Below, piece after piece: positions 37,339 through 50,000 of a stretch of 64,000 bases of DNA. The DNA is from a virus: positions 1 through 64,000 of IMG/VR virus record IMGVR_UViG_3300025168_000043; one strand, given 5' to 3'. Position numbers and translations under genes: made by a program. A model generated the notes under the pieces. It was given only the letters and a program-made list of their open reading frames with translations, made no database searches and was not told the origin of the DNA. Within the stretch, counting starts at the first letter, position 1, and every line of letters begins with the position of its first letter.

Positions 37339-39135
37339 ATGGCCAGAAGAAATGTACCCATAGATTATACTAGCAGAGATTTTGATTCCATTAGGGAAGA
37401 TCTCATAAACTATACAAAGAGATATTACCCCGACACGTTTAAAGATTTCAGCGAGGCCTCCTTTGGCTCTTTAATGCTTGATACGGTCGCTTATGTCGGC
37501 GACATTATGTCATTCTATCTTGACTATCAGGTTAACGAGTCTTTTATTGATACGGCCGTTGACTTTAAAAATATTCTTCGAATAGCCAAGCAGATGGGAT
37601 ACAAATATACCGGAGCCAAAACAACTTCTGGTATGGTTTCTTTTTATGCAATAGTTCCGGCCACATCAGTCGGTCTCGGCCCAAGAACAACCCATATGCC
37701 AATATTAAAAGCAAATACCGTGGTTAAGTCTGATTCTGGCGCCTCTTTTATTTTGACAGATGATGTTCGTTTTGATGACCCATCAAATGAAGTAGTAGCC
37801 GCGCAGACCGATACTACAACAGGCGTACCCACAAGTTATGCTGTTAAGGCCGAAGGGCAGGTAATATCAGGCATATTTGGCCAAACTACTGAGATTGTAG
37901 GTGCGTTCCAAAAGTTTAAGACGGTTCGTATAAACAACGCGAACCTAGTAGAAATAACCAGTGTATTTGATTCACAAGGTCACGAATATTTTGAAGTTGA
38001 ATACTTAACACAAGATGTTGTATACAAGGCTGTTCCCAATAGAGATGAAAATACAAGACAAAATGCTCCATCACTTATGAGACCATTTGTTGCTGCGCGC
38101 CGATTTACAGTTGAAAGAGATATTAATGGAGTTACATTAACTTTTGGCCACGGCTCTGATTCTGAAACAGCTTCACAGACAATCGCCGACCCGGCAAATG
38201 TAGTCTTGCAAAGGGCCGCGAAAGACTATACTACTGATGTATCCTTTGATCCATCTAATCTGGTTGGAAATGACAAGTTGGGCATAGGACCAGCAAACAC
38301 AACTCTAACAATAAGGTTCAGAGAAAATACTGCTTCAAATGCTAACGCAGCTATTGGATCAATCACGGCAGTAGCTAATCCTATTTTTGAGTTTAACGAC
38401 CCAACTATAGCAAATACAGCAGCAGCAAGGGATGTTGTTGCTAGTATAGAGTGTTCAAATGAAGAGCCTCTAGTTGGCTCAACAGCAATCCCATCACGCG
38501 AAGAAGTTCGACAAGAAGCTATGATGGCTTTTTCTAGTCAAAACAGGGCTGTTACTTCGCAAGACTACGAAGCTCTTGTTTATATGATGCCCGGCAAGTT
38601 TGGTTCCGTCAAACGCGCAAGAGTTGTCAGAGACCAAGATTCATTGAAACGAAATCTAAACATTTATGTTATCTCTGAGAACTCATTTGGTAAAATGGCT
38701 ACTACAAACAATGCTATCAAGGAAAACTTAAAAGTTCACTTAAACAGATATCGCATGATCAATGATACGGTAGATATTCTGGATGCTAAGATAGTTAATA
38801 TAGCTATCGATTTTGAGGTTGTATCAAGCGAAGAAATAAACAAATACGAAGTGTTAGATTCTTGTATACAAGCACTTAGAAGAAAATACTCATCTCCGAT
38901 GTTTATAGGAGAAAGGTTTTATATTACCGATGTATATACAGAACTCAACAAGGTGCGCGGCGTGGTGGATACATCCAGAGTGAAGCTTGTCAGTAAGTCT
39001 GGAGGAAACTACTCATCCTCAGCCCTTAACATTGATCAATATATGTCCCTCGATGGCAGGTACTTATCAGTCCCAGACAATGTAATAATTGAGATCAAGT
39101 TCCCAAGAATAGATATTAAAGGAACCGTAAGATAA
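37339..39135 (+). CDS. Baseplate wedge subunit, T4 gp6/baseplate J-like
   Basis: YTSRDFDSIR, DFSEAS, AYVGDIMSFYLD, QNRAVTSQDY. Confidence 0.88.
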   Translation: MARRNVPIDYTSRDFDSIREDLINYTKRYYPDTFKDFSEASFGSLMLDTVAYVGDIMSFYLDYQVNESFIDTAVDFKNILRIAKQMGYKYTGAKTTSGMVSFYAIVPATSVGLGPRTTHMPILKANTVVKSDSGASFILTDDVRFDDPSNEVVAAQTDTTTGVPTSYAVKAEGQVISGIFGQTTEIVGAFQKFKTVRINNANLVEITSVFDSQGHEYFEVEYLTQDVVYKAVPNRDENTRQNAPSLMRPFVAARRFTVERDINGVTLTFGHGSDSETASQTIADPANVVLQRAAKDYTTDVSFDPSNLVGNDKLGIGPANTTLTIRFRENTASNANAAIGSITAVANPIFEFNDPTIANTAAARDVVASIECSNEEPLVGSTAIPSREEVRQEAMMAFSSQNRAVTSQDYEALVYMMPGKFGSVKRARVVRDQDSLKRNLNIYVISENSFGKMATTNNAIKENLKVHLNRYRMINDTVDILDAKIVNIAIDFEVVSSEEINKYEVLDSCIQALRRKYSSPMFIGERFYITDVYTELNKVRGVVDTSRVKLVSKSGGNYSSSALNIDQYMSLDGRYLSVPDNVIIEIKFPRIDIKGTVR

Positions 39136-41027
39136 TGGGTATTAAAAGATACTACGCTAAAAAAGATAATACTATATCAAACGCTTTCAAAGAGAATTTA
39201 GTTACCCGAGCTACTGGGTCCAACATGGGGGCCTCTGATATTCTGGAGGTGTTTTCAATTTATGGCCAAGCAAACTCCACTTCTACGGAGGAGGCTAGAG
39301 TACTGATTAAATTTGACTGCACTGCATCAACCGATTCTATTAAAGCAGACAGAGATGCAGGAGTTATTCCTGTTAGTGGTAATGTAAACTTCTTTTTAAG
39401 ACTCTACAACGCACCCCACAGCCAGACTCTTCCTAAATCATACACAATGGATGTCTCAGCCATTTCAGGCTCTTGGAATGAGGGTACAGGCCTTGATATG
39501 GAAGGTTACAAAGACATTGGTGCTTCCAACTGGGTAAATAGTCAAACAAATCAAGTCGCTGCCACAATGCGCTTCCAAGTTGATCAAAATTTAAGCGGCA
39601 ACGGCCAAAGTTTTACTCTTATAAATACTGATGGTACGTCCGTTACATTTACATCGGATAGTAGCAAAACCGAGACACAATCAACCGCAACACTAATAGG
39701 TACCAGCCTTGACGGCACAGCAGCTAAAGCAATAACATCAGTTCACAATGCTTTGTCTGCTGCCATAACGGCTGGCACACTTAAGATGTCTATAACTTCG
39801 CTTTCTGGTGCTTTATCGGACAGTGGATTTATGACCTTAACACAAAATGTAGGAGGAGTGGCAGGTAACAGCGCAATACCATCTGGTGTTATGAACGGCG
39901 TTAGTTTTACCGTGGGTTTTACTGGTGGATCCGGCGCTTGGGCTACAACAGGCGGCGATTACTTCTCCGATACATCTTCTTCTTTCTCCGCATCCTTCGA
40001 TGACGGCACTGAAGACATAGAACTAGACATTACACCGCTTGTAGAACAGTGGCTATCCTCCTCTAATCTTGGACAAAAAGAAGACGAAGGGGTCGGTGTA
40101 TTTTTATCTAACACTTATTCCACTGCTGCAAGATCATATTATACAAAAAGATTCTTCGCAAGAGGTACAGAGTTTTTCTATAAGCAACCAAATATTGAGG
40201 CTCGCTGGGATTCTTCAATTGAGGACGACCGAGGAAACTTTTATTATAGCAGTTCTTTAGCTACTGGACCTGAGAATCTAAATACTATCTTCTTTTATAA
40301 CTACTTTAGAGGACGACTTCGTAATATACCTGATATTGGAACAGATAATATAGGCGTAAGCATCTTCTCCTCTTCAGCAGGCACACCCACTGGATCAGCT
40401 ATCTCACTTGTGGCAGACGGCACCCACGTTCTATCAACAGGTTTATTTGCGGTCACAGGCGGTCATGTTTCTACTGGTATATACTCGGCCTCATTTGCTA
40501 TGACGGCTGCTGCTACCCCCCTTACAACGATCAATGACATATGGTTTAAACTAGATAACTCATCGGCCGATGCCTCAACGGGCATCCAATACGGTACAGG
40601 AACAATCGAACCCAAAACCATTACAAACATGTACAATGCCCCCACAAACGATTATGTGGTTACAATAACAAACTTGCGAGAAAAGTATCGTCCTGAAGAG
40701 ACTGCACGTTTTAGAGTTTACAGTCGCCAAAAAGATTGGACACCAACTATTTACACTAAGGCGGTAAGCACGCCAGAGGTTGAAATTGTTGAAAGTGGCT
40801 CTTTCGAAGTCTTCAGGGTTATAGATGATCTAAAAATTATACCACACGGAACGGGAAGCACACCATATTATACTTTCCTTTCATATGACACATCCGGATC
40901 CTATTTTGATTTAGATATGGCACTTTTTGAGCCCGGATATGTTAACGGTATAAAACTAGCATTCTATAACGAAGATATAGGGAGTTGGGTTGAGCAATCA
41001 GAAATCTTTAAATTTAGAGTTGAATAA
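39135..41027 (+). CDS. Virion structural protein (baseplate region)
   Basis: 630 aa, S/T/G-rich, SWNEGTG, W..GGD, PNIEARWD; TAATG coupling. Confidence 0.6.
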   Translation: MGIKRYYAKKDNTISNAFKENLVTRATGSNMGASDILEVFSIYGQANSTSTEEARVLIKFDCTASTDSIKADRDAGVIPVSGNVNFFLRLYNAPHSQTLPKSYTMDVSAISGSWNEGTGLDMEGYKDIGASNWVNSQTNQVAATMRFQVDQNLSGNGQSFTLINTDGTSVTFTSDSSKTETQSTATLIGTSLDGTAAKAITSVHNALSAAITAGTLKMSITSLSGALSDSGFMTLTQNVGGVAGNSAIPSGVMNGVSFTVGFTGGSGAWATTGGDYFSDTSSSFSASFDDGTEDIELDITPLVEQWLSSSNLGQKEDEGVGVFLSNTYSTAARSYYTKRFFARGTEFFYKQPNIEARWDSSIEDDRGNFYYSSSLATGPENLNTIFFYNYFRGRLRNIPDIGTDNIGVSIFSSSAGTPTGSAISLVADGTHVLSTGLFAVTGGHVSTGIYSASFAMTAAATPLTTINDIWFKLDNSSADASTGIQYGTGTIEPKTITNMYNAPTNDYVVTITNLREKYRPEETARFRVYSRQKDWTPTIYTKAVSTPEVEIVESGSFEVFRVIDDLKIIPHGTGSTPYYTFLSYDTSGSYFDLDMALFEPGYVNGIKLAFYNEDIGSWVEQSEIFKFRVE

Positions 41028-41043
41028 CTAAGGTAGTTAAAGT

Positions 41044-44000
41044 ATGAGTATCAAAAAACTATTTGATTCAAATAAAACAAACGACATACTCGTCTCGACT
41101 AACCTAGAAGAAGAGGTAGTCAAGAACGTCCCCGAGCTTGAATCTGCGGATAACGTCAGAGAGCAGATCGAGAGGATTAATCGTTTTATACCACAGGTGG
41201 ATTATAGTGATCCAGCCAACTTTGCTGTTTATGGATCAGCCGAGCGATACTATAGGGATTCATTCCACAGAGTTGCCACTCAATACCCGTATGATGGCTC
41301 CGAAGAAGAGATAACTCGCTACAACAACGAGTCCAACTACCTTGACCTACATATCCTTGAGAATGAGTATCCTAGGACGCTTGGCCACGTTCGGTTTCCT
41401 ACAAATAACGGCGGCGGATCCGCTACTAACCAGTTTGGCCAACAAACAAACGCAGCAAACATTACATTTTTTGGCGGTCCAAATGCTATAGCAGGAGGGA
41501 TGACAACTGGCTCATTCCACCTACAGTTCACTGGTTCCAACTATTACGATACAGATATTTATCAAACTGATGGTACGCTTGCATTAGACAGAGTTGGGTC
41601 AAGAGAAAGTAACTTAACTTACAATCTTCCTAGCAAAGGGCTCACTGTTGAGTTTTGGCAAGGAACCGAAGGAAACCTGATAAGTGCCACCGGCCCGTTT
41701 GGCCGACAATCCAGACACGCTTTGTTTGATTTATGGAACGGAGAAGCCTCAAGTTCGGCTCAATATGGTCGCCTAACTGTATACGCTTCAGGTTCTTCAT
41801 CAGCCTTTAAAGGTATTTATCTAAACGCATATTCAGGCACTGTTGGAATCCAAGAACTTGAGTTATTGGATCCTGCTGTGGCTGCTCAAATCCCACCACA
41901 ATATGTTAATACTTCATCTCCCACACCGGGTCACTTGGCTTTTGCTTTTAGTTCTGGGTCAACTCTGGGTTTAACTGTTAAAACATATATTAATGGTGTT
42001 CTAACCACAACAACAGGCTCTTCAGTCGCCCTAAATGAAGTCACTGGCGCCCTCCGAGGCCGTATTGGTGCTCTCCTAACGAACCCATCAGGTACTTCTA
42101 TAGGTACAGATATGGATGGATACGGTACCAGTATTCGCAGTGCCTACGACGAGTTTAGGTACTGGAAAGCCGAGAGAACAGAAAAAGAAATACAACAAAA
42201 CTATTGGACACAAGTTCGCGGCGGCACAAATAACGAAATAGCAAACGCAGAACTCGGTGTATACTACAAATTTAACGAGGGCATTACAGGGGATGCAACA
42301 ACTGACACCACTGTTTTAGACTATTCAGGCCGCATTACAAATGGAACTATCACAAACTACGGCACTGATGCTACCACTACACTAGTAAGAAATGCCAACC
42401 TCCTGCCCGAGCGCAGTTCGCTTATTGTTGCTGCTGGAGCAGCCACATCAGAGTTCAAAGACCCAATCATCTATGCAAGCCATCCAGATGTTGTCTCAGC
42501 ACTTGACAGATTGGTCGCATCTGGTAGCGTCCACGACTTTGAAAACCAAGCAAGCATAAAAGATTCTATCCCAAGCTGGATCATAGAAGAAGACGAAACA
42601 TCAGGCGGTGAAGAGTTAGGAAAGCTTACGCAGATCCTTGGCTCCTATATGGACACACTTAACCTGCAAATTGAGTCCCTGCCCACATTAGCAGATAATA
42701 CATACTTAAGTGGCAGCGACAAGCCTACACCATTTATGAAGAACCTGTTAAGCTCCCGAGGCTTGGCAGTCCCAGAAATCTTTGTGGACGCAGATCTGCT
42801 CCAAAGATTCGCTAACAGAAGCGACACCGAAGGCTACACTCTTGATATTAACGATACCAAGAACCTTATTTACAAAAACATCTACAACAACCTTATCTAT
42901 CTTTATAAGTCAAAGGGTACAGAAAAAGCATTTAGAAACCTTATCCGCTGTTACGGTATCGGTGAAGATGTTATTAGATTCAACGCATATGCAAGCAATC
43001 AAACCTTTGACATCCAAGAAACAAGACAAGACAGAGTTATTAGAAAGAACTATGTTGACTTTAACCACCCTGATAGGTTTGATGGGGTTGTTTATCAGAG
43101 AGCCAACACTGGTGAAACAACTGGCATATCTTTCTTCTCGGCATCCTCGCCAAATAACGCTTTTGCTCAAACCGCAGAACTAGAAGTTATATTCCCAAGA
43201 AAGATGGAGTTTGCTAACTCGCAATATTTTGATACACCTTTTGTTACAGCGTCCCTCTACGGTAAAGCATCAGCATCAGCAGACCCAGCAATCTTTGACG
43301 CAGCGTTTAGCAATAACCCAGCCACCGCACCTTGGCTTGTTGCTTATGCTGTTCGCACACAACAAAACTCAAATGATGCTTATTTTGTTCTTGATTCTAA
43401 CTTATTTACAAATCCACTTACAAGTGACATTTACTCAAATATTTACGACAACCAGAAATGGAATCTGGCGATAAGAGTTAAATCAAAAAACTGGCCATAC
43501 TCTACGGGCTCTGTTGCATCAGGTGATGGGGCTGCTTCTTTCGGAAACCAAGAGGTTAGCTTTGTTGGCTATAACGTAGAAAATGGAGTCGTAAGAAATA
43601 GTTTTGTTTTAACAACTTCATCAATATCCTCCAATTTAGGGCCAAGTTTGCCTTATCGCTACTTCGTCGGCTCACAAAGAACAAATTATACAGGCGCAGT
43701 AGGCCATCAGACTGATATCTTAGCATCCTCACTACGAGTATATACAACCTTTTTAGATGACGATGTTATCAAATCACACGCCCTTGACCCCGAAAACTAC
43801 GGAACAAGAAACCCTAGCAGAAACTTGTTGTTCTATAACGACTCTGACGACGCAAGCCTAAACCCGGCGATTAAAACAACTATCCCAGAGTCTGTTTCTC
43901 TTGCTCTTAATTGGGATTATTCGCAGGTCACTACAACAGACGCCACTGGCCGCTTTTCGGTCCAAGATGCATCATCTGGTTCAACAGGGCTAACCAGCAG

Positions 44001-47000
44001 ATACCCGCAAGAGAATGTACTTACAAATGTTAATAAACAGTTCGCAGGCCGAGGACAGTTTGGGGTTAGCGCATACAGTTCAACGGATGTCATCTCCAAG
44101 CAGTTTGTTCAATCAGCACAACAAAGACTGCCCGAAGTTGTTAATACCAACGATGATGTAAATGTTCTGTCCAGAGATGATGAACTTTACCCAAGAGATG
44201 CATCCATCTCACAGACCTACTACACCTTTGAAAAGAGTATGTACGGTATCGTTTCACAAGAAATGATCAATATGTTCTCGTCTATTGTTGAGTTCAACAA
44301 CCTTATCGGTGAAGTTGTTCATAAGTATCGTGGTGAATACAAGAGTTTAAGACTTTTAAGAGAACTTTTCTTTGAGAAGATCCAAAACAACCCTGACCTC
44401 GACAAGTTTATTGATTACTATCATTGGATTGATTCTTCACTTAACATTTTCTTACAACAGTTTGCTCCTGCTTCTGCTGATGTCTCCGATGAGATTCGCA
44501 CTATAGTTGAAGATTATGTTCTTAATCGCTCCAAGTATCAACACAAATACAACCAGATCAAACAAGGTGACTCTGGAACTGGCACAAAAGCTGGTGGCTT
44601 TGACGAAACTATTCTAGAAGGCAGGGTCAAGGGCACCAGAGAACTACAATACGACTGGCAGTTTGGTCACGCCCCCCTAACTAACTCTCAAACCGAACAC
44701 TCCCTTTGGTGGAAAGACCGAGCAGAAAGAAACAACACAGCATTTAATACCGCCGCGCTTATTGACACAGCAAGAGAAGACATTCTCACTATCATCCAGT
44801 TATTCAACTCTGCAAGCGCCCCATCGCTTAATGACGGCACCGGAGCCTCTGGGATATACGAAGGGTCCGCTTACGCCACAAGACGCTTCACAAGGCAATA
44901 CAAGCTTGATACAGCCATTGTCCCTGATATCGGCGGTGGGTACAACTACCCAAGAAACCACAAGCCGGATGCTCTTTTTCCCCTGATGTTTGACCAACCA
45001 TTGGATCTTACTAATAATATTGAGCAGGTAAATTTTGAAAAACAAGGGATGTTTACTCTTCCAGAAGAGGAACTAAGGCCTGTTATAAAGCAAGAAAAAA
45101 GAAGATTTACCGCAATCAATCCCGAGACACCCGTCGGCACCAACGGCGCTACAGTTTTTAGAGCATCTAGTGTTTTAGCCGGAACAAAATTTGTTACGCC
45201 TTTTATAATATTTAGTTCATCTGTTTCGCCTGCTGGCGGTTATGGACAACAATGGCAAACTTATCAACTCAAACCAGACTTCAATAAAGAAGAGTTCGCC
45301 GGTTATCACAATGATTCTTATGGTGACGACTATGAAGTACCTATGCAGGGTCCTTTTACTAACCACCACGTCGGCGGAAATAGACACCGGCATACCGATT
45401 TAAATAAAGGATCAGATACAGCGTTAAACAGGGCAGAGGCTTGGGAATTAGATATTGGAAATTCTGAGGTCGGCGCCGCCAAAGCCCGAGGTGCATCCGA
45501 TGGTTCAATTAATACAAACATGCCCGGATCTAACCCCAACTACCGCAGAGACGAAACAGCCAAGCGCCCCGTTAACACCAAAAACATCAAACACAGAACA
45601 GGTTCCCTTGGCACGGTTGCAATGGGCAACTATTCTGCAAGTTATGAAATAGTTCAAACAACTGGTAGAACTCAAAACAACTCTGCGTTTGTAAAGTCAG
45701 AGGGTATAAGAGATAACTTTACGATTTCTGTTGCTGGCGCTGATGAGGTTGGCTATATTGATCACGTCACAGACTACGCCAAGCCTATTCGCCGCAGAAC
45801 AGAACACGTTATAGTTAATCGTTTCTCCGCACCCGGTGGTCCTGAAACAGCAGGTGATAGTCAGGGTGGCCCCGGTCTTGACTTTGAGGCAGCAGAACTT
45901 AGCCCATACAACAACCTAAACTATAGAAATACAACCGTTCGCGACCCGCTAGAAACTTTATTATCAGAACACTCCGCACAGTTTGGACTTAGATCAGGTT
46001 CTATAGCTTCACCTATAGGATATAGTGGATCAGCAACTAATGTAACAGCAAGCTTTCACAAAGTTAATAGAAACCCGCTTCATAGGCTTGAAGGATATGA
46101 CACAGGTTCCGACACTCCAGTTACAGGAACAGTGTTCGACAACTATTATGTACAACATATGATTCCAAGATCTGATTTCCAATACGCTTGGATTACAGCT
46201 TCTTCTGATAGATTTAACTCTGCATTCGGCGCAGCCAATAATGTATATGGTTATTTCCCGTATGATGGCCTAGCCAGAGTGTCGAGTTCAGCCAATGGGT
46301 TTAGGTATGAATCAGCAGTTAACTTTGTTAGTGCAAGCGAGATAGGCTCTGTTCCCGGCACTATAACATATTCAACCACTACCACAGCAACCGAAACACT
46401 TACGGGCCGTGGTAGTTTAGTCAGCAAAGGTGTTTACGATATATCTGGATCTTCAGGTTCTTTCGCGCCCGCTGCTAATCCTAATGATCATTTTATACCT
46501 CAAACCACTCATCTAAACATTGGTGGTATTTACGGAGACTTGTTCTCTACTTTCGTAGGACCTAAAGTTGCTCCCTTTACTTACTTACCAAGTAGGGGCG
46601 GCAACCCCTCCGCCATTGACAAAACACACGATTTTAATAGTTCACTTACGTTCTTAACGAATCAAGTATTATTTGGTGGAAACCTTTCTGATCCCCAAGA
46701 GTTTATAATCGGCCAAGATCGCGAATACGTCACTCAGTGGGTAGTCGATACTGTTTTGGGTGTCACCCCCTTCGACAAAGAGACCGGTACCGGAGGGTAT
46801 ATTTTCAATGCAGCCGGCGCTCCGTATGGTAGACTTTATACTAGCCCATCAGCGATGGACAACACTAGATTTCAAATGTTTCAAACGCTCAATAAAACAT
46901 ATGGTAGATTTGAATCAACCAACTATGTGAAATCCGTGGGATCAATCCCGTTAGCCGTAGCCTATCCACCAGAGGTCGGCTTTAATAAATATGGCTTAGG

Positions 47001-50000
47001 TACGCTCACACAACCTATATCATTCACAAACGGTAATCCTCTCTTTACAGTGTCTAATATGATAGAGACATCTGCTTCCCGTGGCGCCGGCTTAATATTA
47101 AACTCGCTTTTGACAAAACGTAATGGCTATTATGGTCATCCAACATGGAAGCAAATACGAGTAGGAGAGACTGGCTTAGTAAGGTATCATAGAAAAAATA
47201 ATTATTATTCGCACACATATGATCCGGTGATCATTTCCAGCCAAACAGATCCAACTGGCGGGAGAGCAAAAGTTCAATCTAGGACAGAAAATATTTTAAT
47301 AAGCCAATCAGTTGTTACAGATCGCTATTTCCCTGTGGTATTTGAATTAGAAGCTAGGGATGATCAACAAAATAGTAAAGTTCTCAAATCAACAAATGTT
47401 GTAGCTAGGACATCGTTTGCTAATGATGTAATAACCTTTGATAACCAAGATGTTGTAGACAGGTTATTAGATGCTGATGTTCTAGAAGCTTCCGAAAGGA
47501 AAACCTCTTATAGACAAATTGTTGACGATTTCAGCATATATGATAGTTTCCTAGACGAACAAAAACCAATACTTCAGATTAATAGTTTAAAATATAGAGA
47601 AACAGTCTATCCACCCAGAAATTTTGCATATACTTCCTTAACTCGCGGCCGCAACAATTTTAGTAACAACTTCTGGCGTGATGCACGCTCTGATAGAACT
47701 TGGCCTTCCACACCGCCAGCCAACGCGGAAAATCTTACAGAATACTCAAAAACCCAACGGGAGAAAAACACTAATAGTCAGGGTCAGGGATCCTCAAATG
47801 TGTCGTTTCAGCTAGCGCCTTTTCAAAGTCGATGGGCACTTGATGGATTGTTATCTACCACAAATCAGAATAATTTAACTACTTTAGCCGGATATCCAAC
47901 TGGTGGTATTAACGCTAATAATGCAGATGGCTATAAGCCCGGTGAGCTTCAGAACTTATACACTCATTTTGTTCGAAACCAACAAGATGACTTTGAAATA
48001 GATCGCTCAGACGATGGTGAAATAGCTCAACTTCGAGCAGGAGCTTTGTACGCTAGAAAGCATATCAATCCTTACACTTCTTCGGTATGTGGTATGTCAG
48101 GCATGAGAAAACAAATAGATATATCGGCTTTTATTTTCTCTGGAACATCTTACCTCTTATTAACTAGCTCCATTGGTGCTGGCGAAGCATTTTGGGATGC
48201 ACCCAATCTGGCAGGAAGATACGAAGGCACATCAAGTGTTTTTGTTAAAGAACGAGCAACACCATTCTATGATGATTATGATGCTTTTTATTCGGATATA
48301 AAAACAAAAACACGCGGCCGCTCTATTATACCGGAGTTTAGAATAGAAGATCATATAGATTTTTACGAACAAAATGGTTTTGATTACCTCACAGAAAACC
48401 CAGCCTTATTTCAGTTCCCCGGTGTTCCCAGTCAAGAGGGGTATCTCCAGAATAGTGGATATCCTCACTTCTTTAAAATATTCACCAACTCTGATTTTAT
48501 GCAACACTTTGAAGTTGTTCGAGAAGATGGTCTTAAAGAAGGCGGAATATTGGAGCCCGCAAAGGTGAAGTTAAGATGCAAAGCAGTCAAAAAGTTTGTC
48601 CCATACGACGGCTTCTATCCTGCCGAAAGAACTCTACAGCTAGCGTCTGCATTCTCCGCATCTTACGCCCCGCTTACACAACTTTCTTCTTCAACAGGCG
48701 CCGAAAACACATATCAAGTTGCTTGGAGAACAATGCTCAAACCTTTCTTTGCACCCGGAATTGTGTACAATACTATTAAATCGGGAGTTGCAGTTGACTA
48801 CCCGATAATGACTGGCTCCTACAATGTTGGTAAAATGATCATGGCCGGAGATGGAGCAAGCGCAAACACCGGAGTCAGAATGGTGGCTACAGCTTCTGCG
48901 GGCATATTCTCTAACTCAAGAAATGATTCAAAAAATGGCCTCACGGGCCTTTTGGCTGGTTTTAATATAGTATCACATAATGATGGTTGGGATTATCGTG
49001 TTCCATTCGAGACAGTGCTTGAGCCGGGTAAATATATTTATGGTAAAAATATTGTTGATGATGAACCAAGTGCTTTTGCAGGGATAAATGTTACGGCTTC
49101 TTGGGGAAGCAGCGAACAAGGCACAAAATACAAGAATATGATGCACAACTTTTTGGCCTCCTCGCTGGATGTCTTTATCAAAGACGGAAAACCAACAGAG
49201 ATTCTGTCAGCACCTCAAAAAGAATTTAAGGCTGTAACTCCGGGCCAGCCTTATGGTATGCGTATTAAAATGTATCGTAGTTTTGAATCAGGATCTCAAC
49301 AAGAAACCTCGGGAGACTGGGGAGACTTTCAGGTCCCACAATATATAAGTGGCTCCCTTACAGACTTCACCATGTACAGTCGCCCATCAGCCTTCGGCCC
49401 ACCAGTACTCGCAGGCACAGGGTCGCAAGTAATGTCGCAACAAAAATATTGTATTACTGGTTCTAGAGAGATGACTCCAGCCCGAGGGCGTTATGCATCA
49501 CATACTCCGCCTTATTTTGATGGTGAGTCTTGGATTGATCTTATTTACTATCCCTACAAATCTTTTGATAGCGGTTCCACAGGTCTAGAAGTAATAAACA
49601 ACACCACAAGAACAGTGACAGTTTCTGATTTACATAATTTAGCTTCAACTGAGTTTTCTTCTGGTTCTGCTATCCTAGACTACGAATTTGGCCAAGGCTC
49701 TAGATTTGGCGGCGAGGGTACTTATGTGGTTCGTTGGCGCTTTGACCAAGAAGCCTTAAGAACCAATTTTTCGACAGAAGATACGGGATCAACATACCAC
49801 GGAACTGGAAGTGACATCGGTCCAATGGGTGGACCTTGGGCTAATAGATGGGCAATGCATCTGGATGCCTCACTTAATATTTTTTCTAAAGCTCGCGGAG
49901 TGGGAAGCTTGGCGGCTGAAGCTGTTTCGGCTGATTTAGCAGAAAGTGGATTAGGTGATGGAAGTTTCAATGCAGGAGACGACCGTTGGCGTATCCAAAC